A stretch of DNA of 64,000 nt, taken from assembly GCA_041576815.1 (NCBI GenBank), contig JBFGKE010000018.1, positions 50 through 64,049 on the forward strand. The letters run 5' to 3'. This document shows, in pieces, positions 1 through 8,914 of this stretch (position 1 is its first letter; each line of letters opens with the position of its first letter). The translations under genes and the position numbers were made by a program. The notes under the pieces were generated by a model. It had not been told where the DNA came from. It ran no database searches and worked only from the letters and a program-made list of their open reading frames with translations. This stretch comes from Polyangiales bacterium. Its GTDB lineage: Bacteria > Myxococcota_A > Polyangia > Polyangiales > Houyiibacteriaceae.

Positions 1-324
1 CGAACCCGATTCGCGATGACCAGCCCGTTCAAATGACGCCTAGGCTAGAAGCACAGGCAAGCTTCTAACTTCGACGGCTCCTTTGGCTTTACTTAGGCCG
101 CGAGAGCAACTGCGTTATCGTTGGCAGTTGTACGTCCCAAACGTATTTACGTCGTGCTTGGGCCGACGGACACGCAACCGAACTTTCTTCATCCCCGTCG
201 AAACCGGTCGCCCCCAGAATTTCAAAGACCTGCACAATATGCGGTCGATTGGGGCTTAGCGCAATGGGGCGCCCGAAAAACCCTTGACAACGGAGCTCGC
301 ACGAAGACACCAGTAAAGCGAGCG

Positions 325-1779
325 ATGACCATGCCCCTCATCCAATTCCACGCCATGCATCGCCGAGCCTTTCTGCGCGCAGCCTCCGCGGCGTCCGTCG
401 CCATGGGCTTGCCCTGGGCCGGGTGCTCGGAGAGCCAGGCCGGGGGCCCCATGAACGGGATCCCCGCGGTCGACTCGGACACACCCTGGTGGCAACAGCA
501 CAATTTCGCTTCGGTGGTCGAGGAGCTCGACGTTGCGAACCTCGAGGTGCGCGGCGCAATTCCACCCGAGCTCGACGGGGTGTATTTGCGCAACGGCTCG
601 AACCCGCGCCAGGGCGACAACACCCATTGGTTTCTCGGCGACGGCATGATTCACGGCGTGCGTCTCGAGCGGGGGCGCGCATCTTGGTACCGAAACCGCT
701 ACGTGCGTACGCCATGGCTCGAAAACGGCTCCTCCGGGGTGCCGGGCGGCCCCAACACCCATGCCAACGTGAGTCTCGTCCACCATGCGGGCCGGGTCCT
801 CGCGTCGGGCGAGGTAGGCTTTCCATACGAGATCGACCCGACGGATCTTTCGACCGTCGGGCCCCATGACTTCGACGGGGGGCTCGAAACGAATTTCACG
901 GCGCATCCTGCGATCGACCCTGCGACCGGCTACCTGCACTTCTTCGGCTACGGTTTCTTGCCTGGTGCGTTCCTCATCTACTGTGTGGCGGATGCGGACG
1001 GGGCGCTGATCCAATGCGAGCCGGTCGACATTCCCGCGTCCACGATGATGCACTCGTTCGCAATCACCGATCGCGACGTCGTCTTCTGGGACTTACCGGT
1101 GCTGTTCGACCTCGGTGTGTTTTCGGAGAGGGGTTTTCCGTTTCGATGGGATGCCTCGCACCCGGCCCGAATCGGCGTGATGCCGCTTGGCGGGCTGGCA
1201 AGCGACATTCGATGGGTCCAGATAGATCCCTGCTACGTCTTTCACACGCTCAACGCATTTCGCGAGGGCGGCGAGATCGTCATCGACGTGTGCCGCTACG
1301 ACGAGATCATGAATGGCGAGCGGTTCGGATCAATCGATCCCGAGCTTCGACGTTGGCGGATCGACACGGGCGGCGAGAGCCTCGCGTTTTCGGATACGGT
1401 GGTCACCGACCGAACTGTCGAGTTCCCGTTTCACGACCGGCGCTTCACGGGGCGTCCCACCCGCTACGGCTGGTTCGTCCAGACGCGAGACCATCCCGAC
1501 ACCGTCGACCCGGGCGGGCTTCTTCGATACGACAGCCAAACCGGCGCGTTCGACGAGTGGGACCCGGGCCCGCTGCGCCAGTCCGGCGAGCCGTTTTTCG
1601 TTCCGGCCGCCGCGGGTGAGGGCGACGGCTGGCTGATCGCCTACGTCTACGATTTCGGCGAAGACGCCTCCGACCTGGTGATCCTGAATGCCACCCAGGT
1701 CGGCGCCGGCCCGGTCGCGGAAGTGCGAATGCCGCGCCGCGTCCCGCACGGCTTTCATGGCGTGTGGGTGCCCGCATAG
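325..1779 (+). CDS. Carotenoid/stilbene-cleavage oxygenase family protein (RPE65/CCD type) with a Tat-like leader and lipobox
   Basis: ORF 121..1779. The internal ATG at 325 gives MTMPLIQFHAMHRRAFLRAASAASVAMGLPWAGC. His-bearing motifs HWFLGDGMIHGV, FTAHPAIDP, MHSFAITD and PHGFHGVW fit the 4-His Fe(II) oxygenase family. Confidence 0.85.
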   Translation: MTMPLIQFHAMHRRAFLRAASAASVAMGLPWAGCSESQAGGPMNGIPAVDSDTPWWQQHNFASVVEELDVANLEVRGAIPPELDGVYLRNGSNPRQGDNTHWFLGDGMIHGVRLERGRASWYRNRYVRTPWLENGSSGVPGGPNTHANVSLVHHAGRVLASGEVGFPYEIDPTDLSTVGPHDFDGGLETNFTAHPAIDPATGYLHFFGYGFLPGAFLIYCVADADGALIQCEPVDIPASTMMHSFAITDRDVVFWDLPVLFDLGVFSERGFPFRWDASHPARIGVMPLGGLASDIRWVQIDPCYVFHTLNAFREGGEIVIDVCRYDEIMNGERFGSIDPELRRWRIDTGGESLAFSDTVVTDRTVEFPFHDRRFTGRPTRYGWFVQTRDHPDTVDPGGLLRYDSQTGAFDEWDPGPLRQSGEPFFVPAAAGEGDGWLIAYVYDFGEDASDLVILNATQVGAGPVAEVRMPRRVPHGFHGVWVPA

Positions 1780-1830
1780 CTCGTTGCCATTCGCTCCGGA
1801 ATCGACGTATGCTCGCGCAAAAGGGCGAGC

Positions 1831-2892
1831 ATGGAACGCCGAGTGGAAGCCGCGATCAGCATGACCGAGGCTGCCTACGACCTGCAGGCCTCCGACCGAG
1901 AGTGGTTCCCGCAGTTGATGAAGGCAGCCGTCGATCTCATCGATCACGGGCTCGGCGTTGCGGGGCTCGTAGGGCGCGTGCCGAAAGAGCCCGGACCGGT
2001 CGACGTCGAAGAGCTGCACGTGGCCACCGGGCCCGAGGACTTCCCGGTCCGGCTCATGCGAGCGATGTCCGAGCTCCCACCCGAAAACATGCGTCCCCAG
2101 ATCCATTCTGGCATCGGGGTGCTCTCCGAGGTCAACGCCGAGGAGCCTCGCTTCCTCGAAGCGTGGCGGCGGCACATCGACTACGCGCAGGACGGGCTCG
2201 GCATCACCGCGATGGACCCCGACGGCCGTGGCGTTCACATCATCGCCCCCGTGCCAGAGACGATCACCTTGAGCCGAGCCGAACGGAATCGCTGGCAGAT
2301 GCTGGCGGCACACATGAGCTCGGGGCTCCGGCTGCGCCGCGTGCTTTCGAAGCTCGTCGATGGCCAATCCACCGACGAGCCGCCCACCAGCCTACCGATG
2401 GGCGCCGATGCCGTGATCGATGCGAAGACGTTTGGCGTCACCCAGGCCGCCGGTGACGCGGCGCCGACGGAATCGCAGCAGGCGCTGCGCGAAGCCGCGA
2501 TCCGCATCGATCGAGCCCGCGGCCCGCTGCGAAAAGACGATCCGAACCAGGCTCTCGAGATCTGGTGGGCTCTGCTCCAGGGCAAATGGTCGATGGTGGA
2601 GTGGTTCGATACCGATCGGCGACGCTTCGTGCTCGCGCTGCCGAACGCTCCGCGTGTCGTCGACCCACGCGGTCTCACCCCCCGTGAAAGCCAGGTCGTC
2701 GCCTTCGCGGCGCTCGGTGACAGCCACAAGCTCATCGCGTATCGGCTCGGGATTTCGCGATCGAGAGTCAGCGAGGCACTTCAGTCGGCCATGCGAAAGC
2801 TCGGGGTGAAGACCCAGCCGCAGCTCGTCGAGAAGCTTTCGGCTCTCGGCGGCGCCGGAGGCAGCGCTTTCAAAGAATCAGAGAAGCAATGA
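1831..2892 (+). CDS. LuxR-family transcriptional regulator (C-terminal HTH, N-terminal domain of unknown type)
   Basis: C-terminus LTPRESQVVAFAALGDSHKLIAYRLGISRSRVSEALQSAMRKLGV is a classic LuxR/FixJ-type HTH. The stop overlaps the next start (ATGA at 2889). Confidence 0.75.
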   Translation: MERRVEAAISMTEAAYDLQASDREWFPQLMKAAVDLIDHGLGVAGLVGRVPKEPGPVDVEELHVATGPEDFPVRLMRAMSELPPENMRPQIHSGIGVLSEVNAEEPRFLEAWRRHIDYAQDGLGITAMDPDGRGVHIIAPVPETITLSRAERNRWQMLAAHMSSGLRLRRVLSKLVDGQSTDEPPTSLPMGADAVIDAKTFGVTQAAGDAAPTESQQALREAAIRIDRARGPLRKDDPNQALEIWWALLQGKWSMVEWFDTDRRRFVLALPNAPRVVDPRGLTPRESQVVAFAALGDSHKLIAYRLGISRSRVSEALQSAMRKLGVKTQPQLVEKLSALGGAGGSAFKESEKQ

Positions 2893-3689
2893 GCCGCCGC
2901 CGGCTTCCGGTCTGCGCCGCTCTGGGGCTGACCTGCGGAGTGGCCGTTGCATGCTCGTCATCGAATGACCTTGGGGGTTCGGGAGGAGCTGGAGGAATCG
3001 GCGGGGCCGGAGGCGAGGGCGGCCAGGCTATCGTGACCGCGATGCTCCGAGTCGCGCACTTCGCCGCCGACGTCCCGGCCGCCAATGCGACCGAAGTCGA
3101 CTTCTTCGTCGTGGGCGAGGGGTCCTTCAACAGCATTGGATTCGGGCGCGTCACCCAGTATGGATCGGTGCCGGTCGGCCCGGTGGTCGTGGAGGCACGC
3201 GCGCTCGGCGGGGGCGCACTGCTCGCCACCGCCTCGGACGACCTCGAGGCCGGGGGGCGCTACACCTTCGTCGCTTACAGAGACCGCGCCGAGCCCAGCG
3301 AGATGAGCCTGATGCGGTTCGACGAAGAGGTGTCCGATCTCGATCCAGCCCGCGGTCGAGTGTGGGTGGGTCACGGCGTCGACGACACGTCTTGGGCGAC
3401 AGTGCAGCTGATACTCGCTGATGCAGCGGAGGTGCCCATCGCCCCGCTCGCGTTTGGCGAGCAAGCGGCGCCGCTCGATCTCGATGCCGGCCCCCACGAC
3501 CTCGGTTTCGACACGACCCCGCCGTCTCCGACGATCGACTACGGCCCGTTCACCATCGACGTGGTGGGTGGCGAAACGCTCATTTTGTTTGCCATCGACC
3601 GCGACCCGATCGACGAGTCTGCCTCCGCGGAGGTCTTTCCCATTCGGTCCGGGACCACGGGAACCGTGGACCCGCTTCCGGTTCCGTGA
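2889..3689 (+). CDS. Lipoprotein, DUF4397-like
   Basis: Leader MSRRRLPVCAALGLTCGVAVACSSS (lipobox). Gly-rich linker, then LRVAHFAADVPAANATEVDFFVVGEG...GRVTQYGSVPVGPVVVEA, which resembles the DUF4397 repeat pattern. Confidence 0.5.
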   Translation: MSRRRLPVCAALGLTCGVAVACSSSNDLGGSGGAGGIGGAGGEGGQAIVTAMLRVAHFAADVPAANATEVDFFVVGEGSFNSIGFGRVTQYGSVPVGPVVVEARALGGGALLATASDDLEAGGRYTFVAYRDRAEPSEMSLMRFDEEVSDLDPARGRVWVGHGVDDTSWATVQLILADAAEVPIAPLAFGEQAAPLDLDAGPHDLGFDTTPPSPTIDYGPFTIDVVGGETLILFAIDRDPIDESASAEVFPIRSGTTGTVDPLPVP

Positions 3690-3695
3690 GATCCC

Positions 3696-4640
3696 ATGCG
3701 CACCGCCGCCACGACGATGATGCTCATCTCCCTGCTCACCGCCTCGGCTTGCCCGGGGTCACCCTGGTACGAGACGTACTCCCCCCCGTCGGATGCGCGC
3801 TTCGAAGGCATCTCAGCCGAGCCGCACACGCTTTTCGGCAGGCCCCCGGAGAACGGCCCGATCACCGAGGACTGCTGCTTGCCGACGTGCATCTACTACG
3901 AAGACGGGCAGAAAAAGACCTGGACCTCTCCGGTTTACTCGAAGGAAGACCTCCAAGCCCTGCTCGACGATTGGGTCTTGGCGGAGCCCTGGCCGGTTTT
4001 CGAAGGCAACGACTTCAACCCGCCTGCCGACGACGAGCTCGAAGACCCCTCGGTCGAACGGGTATGCGCCGTTCGCCCGCGCCTCGAGGAGTGGGATGGA
4101 TCGCCGCCGGCTCCATACGACCTCATCGACTACGAATCGATCGCCGACGCGAAAGCGGACGGCGCGATGGTGACTCACAGAGGACGCTGCGGTGCCTGCT
4201 CGTCTCTTCAGAATCTAGCCGTCTACATCGCGAGGCCCAACCTCACCGAGCCTATCCGGCGCTGCGGATTCACTGGGCTCATAGACCGCGACCTGAGCCG
4301 GTTGGCGTGCATCGCCAGCCTCGGCTTCGACCTCCCGTGCGCACAGGCCTGGGACTTCAACACGCGGAACACCCAGGATGCCTGTCTGAGGGTCTGTGGA
4401 AAGGCGAGCAATCGAAAGGCGCCGGGGAACATCCGCTACGAATGCAACCCAAACGCCTTCGTGCCCGACGACATCGATCTCGTCAACGATTGCCTCGCAT
4501 GCGACGAGGAGTTCAGCATTGCGCTGTTTCGCAAAGCCGCCGGGCGTTCCCGCCGTTCGTCCGGCCTACCGTCGCCGGTTTGCCGGCGCTGTGACGGCGT
4601 TTTTCGCGTCGAACACTACTACCCCTTGCCGAAGCGATGA
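3696..4640 (+). CDS. Cysteine-rich predicted lipoprotein, function unknown
   Basis: Leader MRTAATTMMLISLLTASAC. Many Cys residues (DCCLPTC, RCGACSS, CLACDEE, CRRCDG). GC-rich third codon positions. The stop overlaps the next start (ATGA at 4637). Confidence 0.5.
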   Translation: MRTAATTMMLISLLTASACPGSPWYETYSPPSDARFEGISAEPHTLFGRPPENGPITEDCCLPTCIYYEDGQKKTWTSPVYSKEDLQALLDDWVLAEPWPVFEGNDFNPPADDELEDPSVERVCAVRPRLEEWDGSPPAPYDLIDYESIADAKADGAMVTHRGRCGACSSLQNLAVYIARPNLTEPIRRCGFTGLIDRDLSRLACIASLGFDLPCAQAWDFNTRNTQDACLRVCGKASNRKAPGNIRYECNPNAFVPDDIDLVNDCLACDEEFSIALFRKAAGRSRRSSGLPSPVCRRCDGVFRVEHYYPLPKR

Positions 4641-5344
4641 CTCGCGCCAAACGCCCGTGCACGTACCTCGCGCTGAGTGCGCTCGCCGTGGGTCTGAGCG
4701 CCACCGCCGCCGCTCAGTCCTCCAACGACGAAGCGGACGACGAGCCGAGCTGCAGGTCGCCGTACGACCAAACGCCGCGCGAGCCCGGGCCCTACTACAG
4801 GCCATACACTGGGCCGACCCGCTGCAACGACTGCGAGATGGATGTCCATTGCTGCACCCACCGCCTGCGCTGTCCGCGTGGCGTCCGGGTCACCGAGCAC
4901 CTGAATCTCATCTTGGTCAACGTCGGCGCGACGTTCGCCGGGCGCATCGAGCTCGAATACGAACGGGCGCTCCCGACGCGATGGGTGTCGCTCTTTGGGG
5001 CCTTCTATGGAGTTGCGTACGAGAGCGTCGGGAACTCACGCCTCAGCGGTTTTGGAGGACTGGCGGGCGCGCGTGCGTATTTCATTGGCCGCGCGCCCGA
5101 AGGGCTTTGGTTCGCATGGCAAGCCGGCGGTTTTCGCCGAAACGTCCCGAGCGACCGGCGGATCGCGCTGCGGGGCCTTCAAACGGGCGGCATGTTCGGG
5201 TGGACCGGTGTCTTCGGACACTTCGCCATGACGCTCGGCGCCGGCGCCGTCTACACTTGGGGACGCGTGCAGGTGCAATCGCAGCGCGTCTACGACGGCG
5301 AGTGGAACCCCTGGCTCAAAGCGGGCGTCGGGGCGGCTTTCTGA
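4637..5344 (+). CDS. Secreted protein, possible small outer-membrane beta-barrel
   Basis: Signal peptide ...ALSALAVGLSATAAAQS. The C-terminal half alternates aromatic/Gly-rich segments and ends in ...GVGAAF (terminal Phe, as in OMP beta-signals). Confidence 0.4.
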   Translation: MTRAKRPCTYLALSALAVGLSATAAAQSSNDEADDEPSCRSPYDQTPREPGPYYRPYTGPTRCNDCEMDVHCCTHRLRCPRGVRVTEHLNLILVNVGATFAGRIELEYERALPTRWVSLFGAFYGVAYESVGNSRLSGFGGLAGARAYFIGRAPEGLWFAWQAGGFRRNVPSDRRIALRGLQTGGMFGWTGVFGHFAMTLGAGAVYTWGRVQVQSQRVYDGEWNPWLKAGVGAAF

Positions 5345-5482
5345 GCGCAGAAGCCTCGCGCGATCCCGCGGTTTTGCTCGGAAATTGCACCCGCTCCGCC
5401 GGCTGGTTAGATCTCGCTGAGGCCTGAGCCGTCCAATGATTTGTGATCGACCGGACAAAGAGCCGAAGCTCGCCCCTCGCCG

Positions 5483-6076
5483 GTGGGCGCCGTGAGCGAG
5501 CGCTCGGACGAGGAGCTATTGCGCGCCTACTCGGACGGCGACACCGGTGCGTTCGAGTCGTTGTTCCACCGCTACCGGACGCCTCTCTTCAACTTCCTGT
5601 GGCGGCGTGTCGGCGACCGAGGCCGCGCGGAGGAGCTCTACCAGGAAACGTGGACCAAAGTGATCGAGCGCGCGGGCGAGTTCCGAGGCGAGGCGAAGTT
5701 CTCGACCTGGCTCTATACGATCGCCCGCAACGGTTGTATCGATCATCAGCGCAAGATGAAATACAGGCGGCATGCATCGCTCGACGAGACCGAGCGCGGC
5801 GGGGCCGATCCCAAGATCGAGCGGGTCGCCAACCCCGGGCCGGCCCCCGATCAGCTTGCTGGCGGCGCCACGCTGAGAGACCGCATCGGCCAGGCTGTGG
5901 CGGCGTTGCCCGACGATCAGCGAGAGGTCTTTCTGCTGCGACAGCTTCAAGGGCTCGGGTTCAGCGAGATCGCCGACATCGTCGGCGTGCCGGCCAATAC
6001 GGTCAAGAGCCGCATGCGGTATGCGCTCGAGCGACTGCAGCACGGACTCGATGATTTGCGGGAGCACACAGGGTAG
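5483..6076 (+). CDS. ECF-type RNA polymerase sigma-70 factor
   Basis: Region 2 (FESLFHRYRTPLFNFLWRRVGDRGRAEELYQETWTKV, STWLYTIARNGCIDHQRK) and region 4 (REVFLLRQLQGLGFSEIADIVGVPANTVKSRMRYALERL). GTG start. Confidence 0.85.
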   Translation: MGAVSERSDEELLRAYSDGDTGAFESLFHRYRTPLFNFLWRRVGDRGRAEELYQETWTKVIERAGEFRGEAKFSTWLYTIARNGCIDHQRKMKYRRHASLDETERGGADPKIERVANPGPAPDQLAGGATLRDRIGQAVAALPDDQREVFLLRQLQGLGFSEIADIVGVPANTVKSRMRYALERLQHGLDDLREHTG

Positions 6077-7062
6077 TGGAACCGAAAGACATGAACTGCG
6101 AGGAATGCAAAGAGCAGGTATTCGAGCTCATCGAGCGTGAGTCGGTCGACCCGGAGGGCGTGCATGCGATCCTCGAGCGTTGTCCCGAGTGCCGCGCGGA
6201 TTTCGAAGCCATGAAGGCTGCGCTCGCCGCAGCCGCGCAGCTCGCGGTCGAGCAGCCCCCCGCTGAAATCGACAGCGCGATCCTTCGCGCGGCTGAAGCG
6301 CGCACCGAGCCCAACGTGATTCCGTTCCGTCGCCGGCTTCTGCAGGCCCCACCGTGGGCGATGGCTGCGGTCGCGCTGCTTGCCGTCGGCGTGGGCGTGT
6401 GGTCGATTCCGCGCACCGTCCAATTCGAGGGCGAGGTCGGCGGTGCAGGGCGTGAAACCAAGGACGTCGCGGCGCTCGAGGACGCGATTGCCGAGCGGGA
6501 GGACTTCGACCAGGCGCGCGGGCTTCAGGCCAAAGCGATCGCGGAGCCCGTAGCTCCGGTCCCCGCGACTCCAACGGACGAGGCGGCGCCCGCAGAGTTG
6601 GAAAACCGCGTGCCGGCGCGCAGGGCCTCGCGTGCGCGGAAGCGTGCGGCGACTCCACGAGCGGCGCCGATGGGAGCGGATTCGGCGGAGCTCGAAGAAG
6701 CACCGTCGGCCGCCGCCGCTCCAAGCGTGAAGGCGGCGGAATCGCAGGCGGCCTCGCGGCGTCTGGCTCGGGACGAGCTGGATGCGCAGGCCGATGCCTA
6801 CGCGGGCGCGAAACCCGAAGCCGAACCGGACGACAAGCGCAAAGAGCGAGCCGTTTGCGCATCCAAGGTGGCGTCCTTCGAGAAGCGGCTGCGCAGCGAA
6901 CGACGGTACGACCCCACACCGGAGGAGCAGCTCGCGATCGGGCGGTGCTATCACACGCTTGGTGACACCAAGAAGGCACGAATCTGGCTCGACCGCGCGG
7001 CCGAGCATGGAGCGACCCGAAAGCGTGCCAGCGAGGCCCTCGAACGTTTGGGCGCAGAGTAG
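6076..7062 (+). CDS. Anti-sigma factor (zf-HC2 type) with one TM segment and an Ala/Pro-rich periplasmic part
   Basis: Immediately follows the ECF sigma gene (start overlaps its stop). N-terminus CEECKEQVFELIE...HAILERCPECRADF is the H/C zinc motif. TM segment PWAMAAVALLAVGVGVW. An alternative ATG lies at 6091. Confidence 0.7.
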   Translation: MEPKDMNCEECKEQVFELIERESVDPEGVHAILERCPECRADFEAMKAALAAAAQLAVEQPPAEIDSAILRAAEARTEPNVIPFRRRLLQAPPWAMAAVALLAVGVGVWSIPRTVQFEGEVGGAGRETKDVAALEDAIAEREDFDQARGLQAKAIAEPVAPVPATPTDEAAPAELENRVPARRASRARKRAATPRAAPMGADSAELEEAPSAAAAPSVKAAESQAASRRLARDELDAQADAYAGAKPEAEPDDKRKERAVCASKVASFEKRLRSERRYDPTPEEQLAIGRCYHTLGDTKKARIWLDRAAEHGATRKRASEALERLGAE

Positions 7063-7923
7063 ATGATCGGCTTTTCGCTCGGCGTGGCCTCCGCGCTTTG
7101 CTGGGCCGCGCTCGACGTGGTTCGAAAAGCGATTTCGGGGAAAGCTTCACCAGCCGCCCTCGCGGTGTTTCTCTTGGTCGGGCAGCTTCCGTTTCTCGGC
7201 GCGTGGGCAGTGGTCGACCAAACGTGGATCACCGACCCGGACTACTGGCCGCCCGCCGTGGGATCGATGGGCATGAACGCGCTTGCGAACGTGTTGTTCA
7301 TGCGGTCCGTGCAGCTTTCCCCGTTGAGCCGCACGGTGCCGTTCCTTTCGCTGACTCCGGTATTCAGCGCGGTGGTTGCGATTCCGTTGCTCGGCGAGGT
7401 GCCGAGCCTGATGCACTGGGCGGGGATCTCGCTGGTCGTCGCCGGTGCGCTCGTGATCAACAGCGATCTCTCGGACTCCTGGTGGCGCTCGATTGCACAC
7501 GAGAAGGGGGCGCCGCTCATGATCGCTGTGGCGGTGCTCTGGGCGGCGTCGACCGCGCTCGACAAGCGTGCGCTTCCGCATGCGTCGCCGGCTTCGCACG
7601 CATTCCTTCTCTCCGCCGGAAGCGCAACGGTCCTCGTCTTCTGGATCGGTGCGCGCCGGAAGCAGGGCGAGCTTCGGCAGGCATTCAGCGCGCCAAAAGG
7701 ACTGCTCGCGGCGATGGTCGGGTTCGCCGTCGCGGCGTTGGCGCTGCAAATGTTGGCGCTGCAATGGCTCTGGGTGGCCGTGCTCGAGACCCTCAAGCGC
7801 GCCTTCGGGGTGTTGGGCAGCATCGTGCTCGGGCGGGCGGTCTTTGGGGAGCCGATCACAGGCCGAAAGCTCGTGGCCGCATCGCTGATGGTCGCGGGAA
7901 CGGGCCTTCTCGCGCTCATTTAG
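7063..7923 (+). CDS. EamA/DMT-superfamily transporter
   Basis: About 10 hydrophobic helices in two similar halves, 286 aa. Starts directly after the anti-sigma stop codon. Confidence 0.75.
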   Translation: MIGFSLGVASALCWAALDVVRKAISGKASPAALAVFLLVGQLPFLGAWAVVDQTWITDPDYWPPAVGSMGMNALANVLFMRSVQLSPLSRTVPFLSLTPVFSAVVAIPLLGEVPSLMHWAGISLVVAGALVINSDLSDSWWRSIAHEKGAPLMIAVAVLWAASTALDKRALPHASPASHAFLLSAGSATVLVFWIGARRKQGELRQAFSAPKGLLAAMVGFAVAALALQMLALQWLWVAVLETLKRAFGVLGSIVLGRAVFGEPITGRKLVAASLMVAGTGLLALI

Positions 7924-7963
7924 CGCCTTGGCAAGAACCCCGAGAATCCGCTAATGCTGAAGG

Positions 7964-8452
7964 GTGGCCGAAGAGAAACCCCTTCCGCCCAAGCTCGACG
8001 TCGCGCGGTACCTGCTCGCGCAGGGCAGCCTGTTCGTGCATCTCGACCCGCGGAACGAGGCGGTGAGGGTGCCCGACTGGTATCGCACCGAGCCGCAGCT
8101 CGTGCTTCAAATCGGGTTCGACATGCCGGTGCCGATTCCCGATCTCCAGGTCGATGACGACGGCATCTACGGCACGCTTTCGTTCAATCGCTCGCCCTAC
8201 ACCTGCGTGGTCCAGTGGGACGCCGTCTTTGCGCTCGCGGGCGACGACGGCCGTGGAATGGTCTGGCCCGACTCGATGCCGCGCGAGATTTCGCAGGAAA
8301 TCGAGCGCGAAGCGGGCAGGGAGCCGCCTCCCCCAGTGGTCGAGGAGCGCCCCTCACTCAGAGTGCTCCCGTCCGTCGACGACGCCGAGAAAAAACCGTC
8401 GACCCCCCCCAAGCCAGGCGAGCGCCCCGACTACTTGAAGGTAATTAAATAG
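7964..8452 (+). CDS. sspB: SspB-like ClpXP adaptor (stringent starvation protein B family)
   Basis: By eye, the core LFVHLDPRNEAVRVPDWYRTEPQLVLQIGFD...IYGTLSFNRSPYTCVVQWDAVFAL aligns with E. coli SspB. An acidic/Pro linker follows, and the tail RPDYLKVIK resembles the ClpX-binding tail RPALRVVK. Confidence 0.75.
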   Translation: MAEEKPLPPKLDVARYLLAQGSLFVHLDPRNEAVRVPDWYRTEPQLVLQIGFDMPVPIPDLQVDDDGIYGTLSFNRSPYTCVVQWDAVFALAGDDGRGMVWPDSMPREISQEIEREAGREPPPPVVEERPSLRVLPSVDDAEKKPSTPPKPGERPDYLKVIK

Positions 8453-8468
8453 GGGACAGTCCCCTTTT
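8447..8468. terminator. Palindromic hairpin AAATAGGGGACAGTCCCCTTTT (copy 1 of a recurring element), overlapping the sspB stop
   Basis: GGGG/CCCC stem extended by A/T runs, 5-nt loop ACAGT, T-run on the + strand. The sspB stop codon TAG is at 8450..8452. Confidence 0.6.
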
Positions 8469-8493
8469 CCGTAAGTTCGAGCGCCTAAAAAGT

Positions 8494-8525
8494 AACGGCC
8501 CGAAAGGGGGGGCTTTCGGGCCGTT
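8494..8525 (-). terminator. Strong 13-bp hairpin followed by a U-run on the minus strand (intrinsic terminator-like)
   Basis: AACGGCCCGAAAG-GGGGGG-CTTTCGGGCCGTT. On the minus strand it is followed by ACTTTTTAGG. There is no T-run after it on the + strand. Confidence 0.5.
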
Positions 8526-8725
8526 AGAGAGATGGCGACTTGGATGAAGTGGGGGGAAACAAGCCAAGTCGCCTGGTCTAACAGCACTACGGGGGACGTG
8601 GGGGGTACGTCTTCGCCGCAGCGCTTATGTCAGGCGATAGTAATGCTACAATCGTGCCAACCGCGCAAGCTGATGAATCACGAATGATCTCATAGTGCTG
8701 GTGGCGGTCCCCTGATTGAACTCCG

Positions 8726-8741
8726 TTCAGATCTGAAAAAT
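8726..8741. repeat. Left copy of a 16-nt inverted repeat, TTCAGATCTGAAAAAT, containing the 12-bp perfect palindrome TTCAGATCTGAA
   Basis: Read directly from the sequence. Its exact reverse complement occurs at 8915..8930. Confidence 0.8.
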
Positions 8742-8914
8742 TTTTGAAGTTATGAGTGTTTAACCCCTGAATTCAGCCCGATCGATCAAACAGGTTCGTC
8801 GAATTGTGCTCCGGATCACAAACGACACCTCCCAAGAATAACCCTTAAAGATTAATTACAACTCTATACAAGCTGCACAGACGTAAGCGCACTCACTTTT
8901 CAATAGTGAAACAG

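Noticed and set aside
121-324. Upstream extension of the carotenoid oxygenase ORF (start at 121)
   Set aside because: The extension has no oxygenase similarity. The internal ATG at 325 yields a sensible Tat/lipobox leader.
8690-8726. Possible tRNA-like/tmRNA 3' end on the minus strand (GGAGTTCAATCAGGGGACCGCCACCA) next to sspB
   Set aside because: TTCAATC and a terminal CCACCA looked like a T-loop plus acceptor end. But the bases flanking the putative T-loop (CGGAG / AGGGG) cannot pair, and I found no matching 5' acceptor strand or tag-reading frame.
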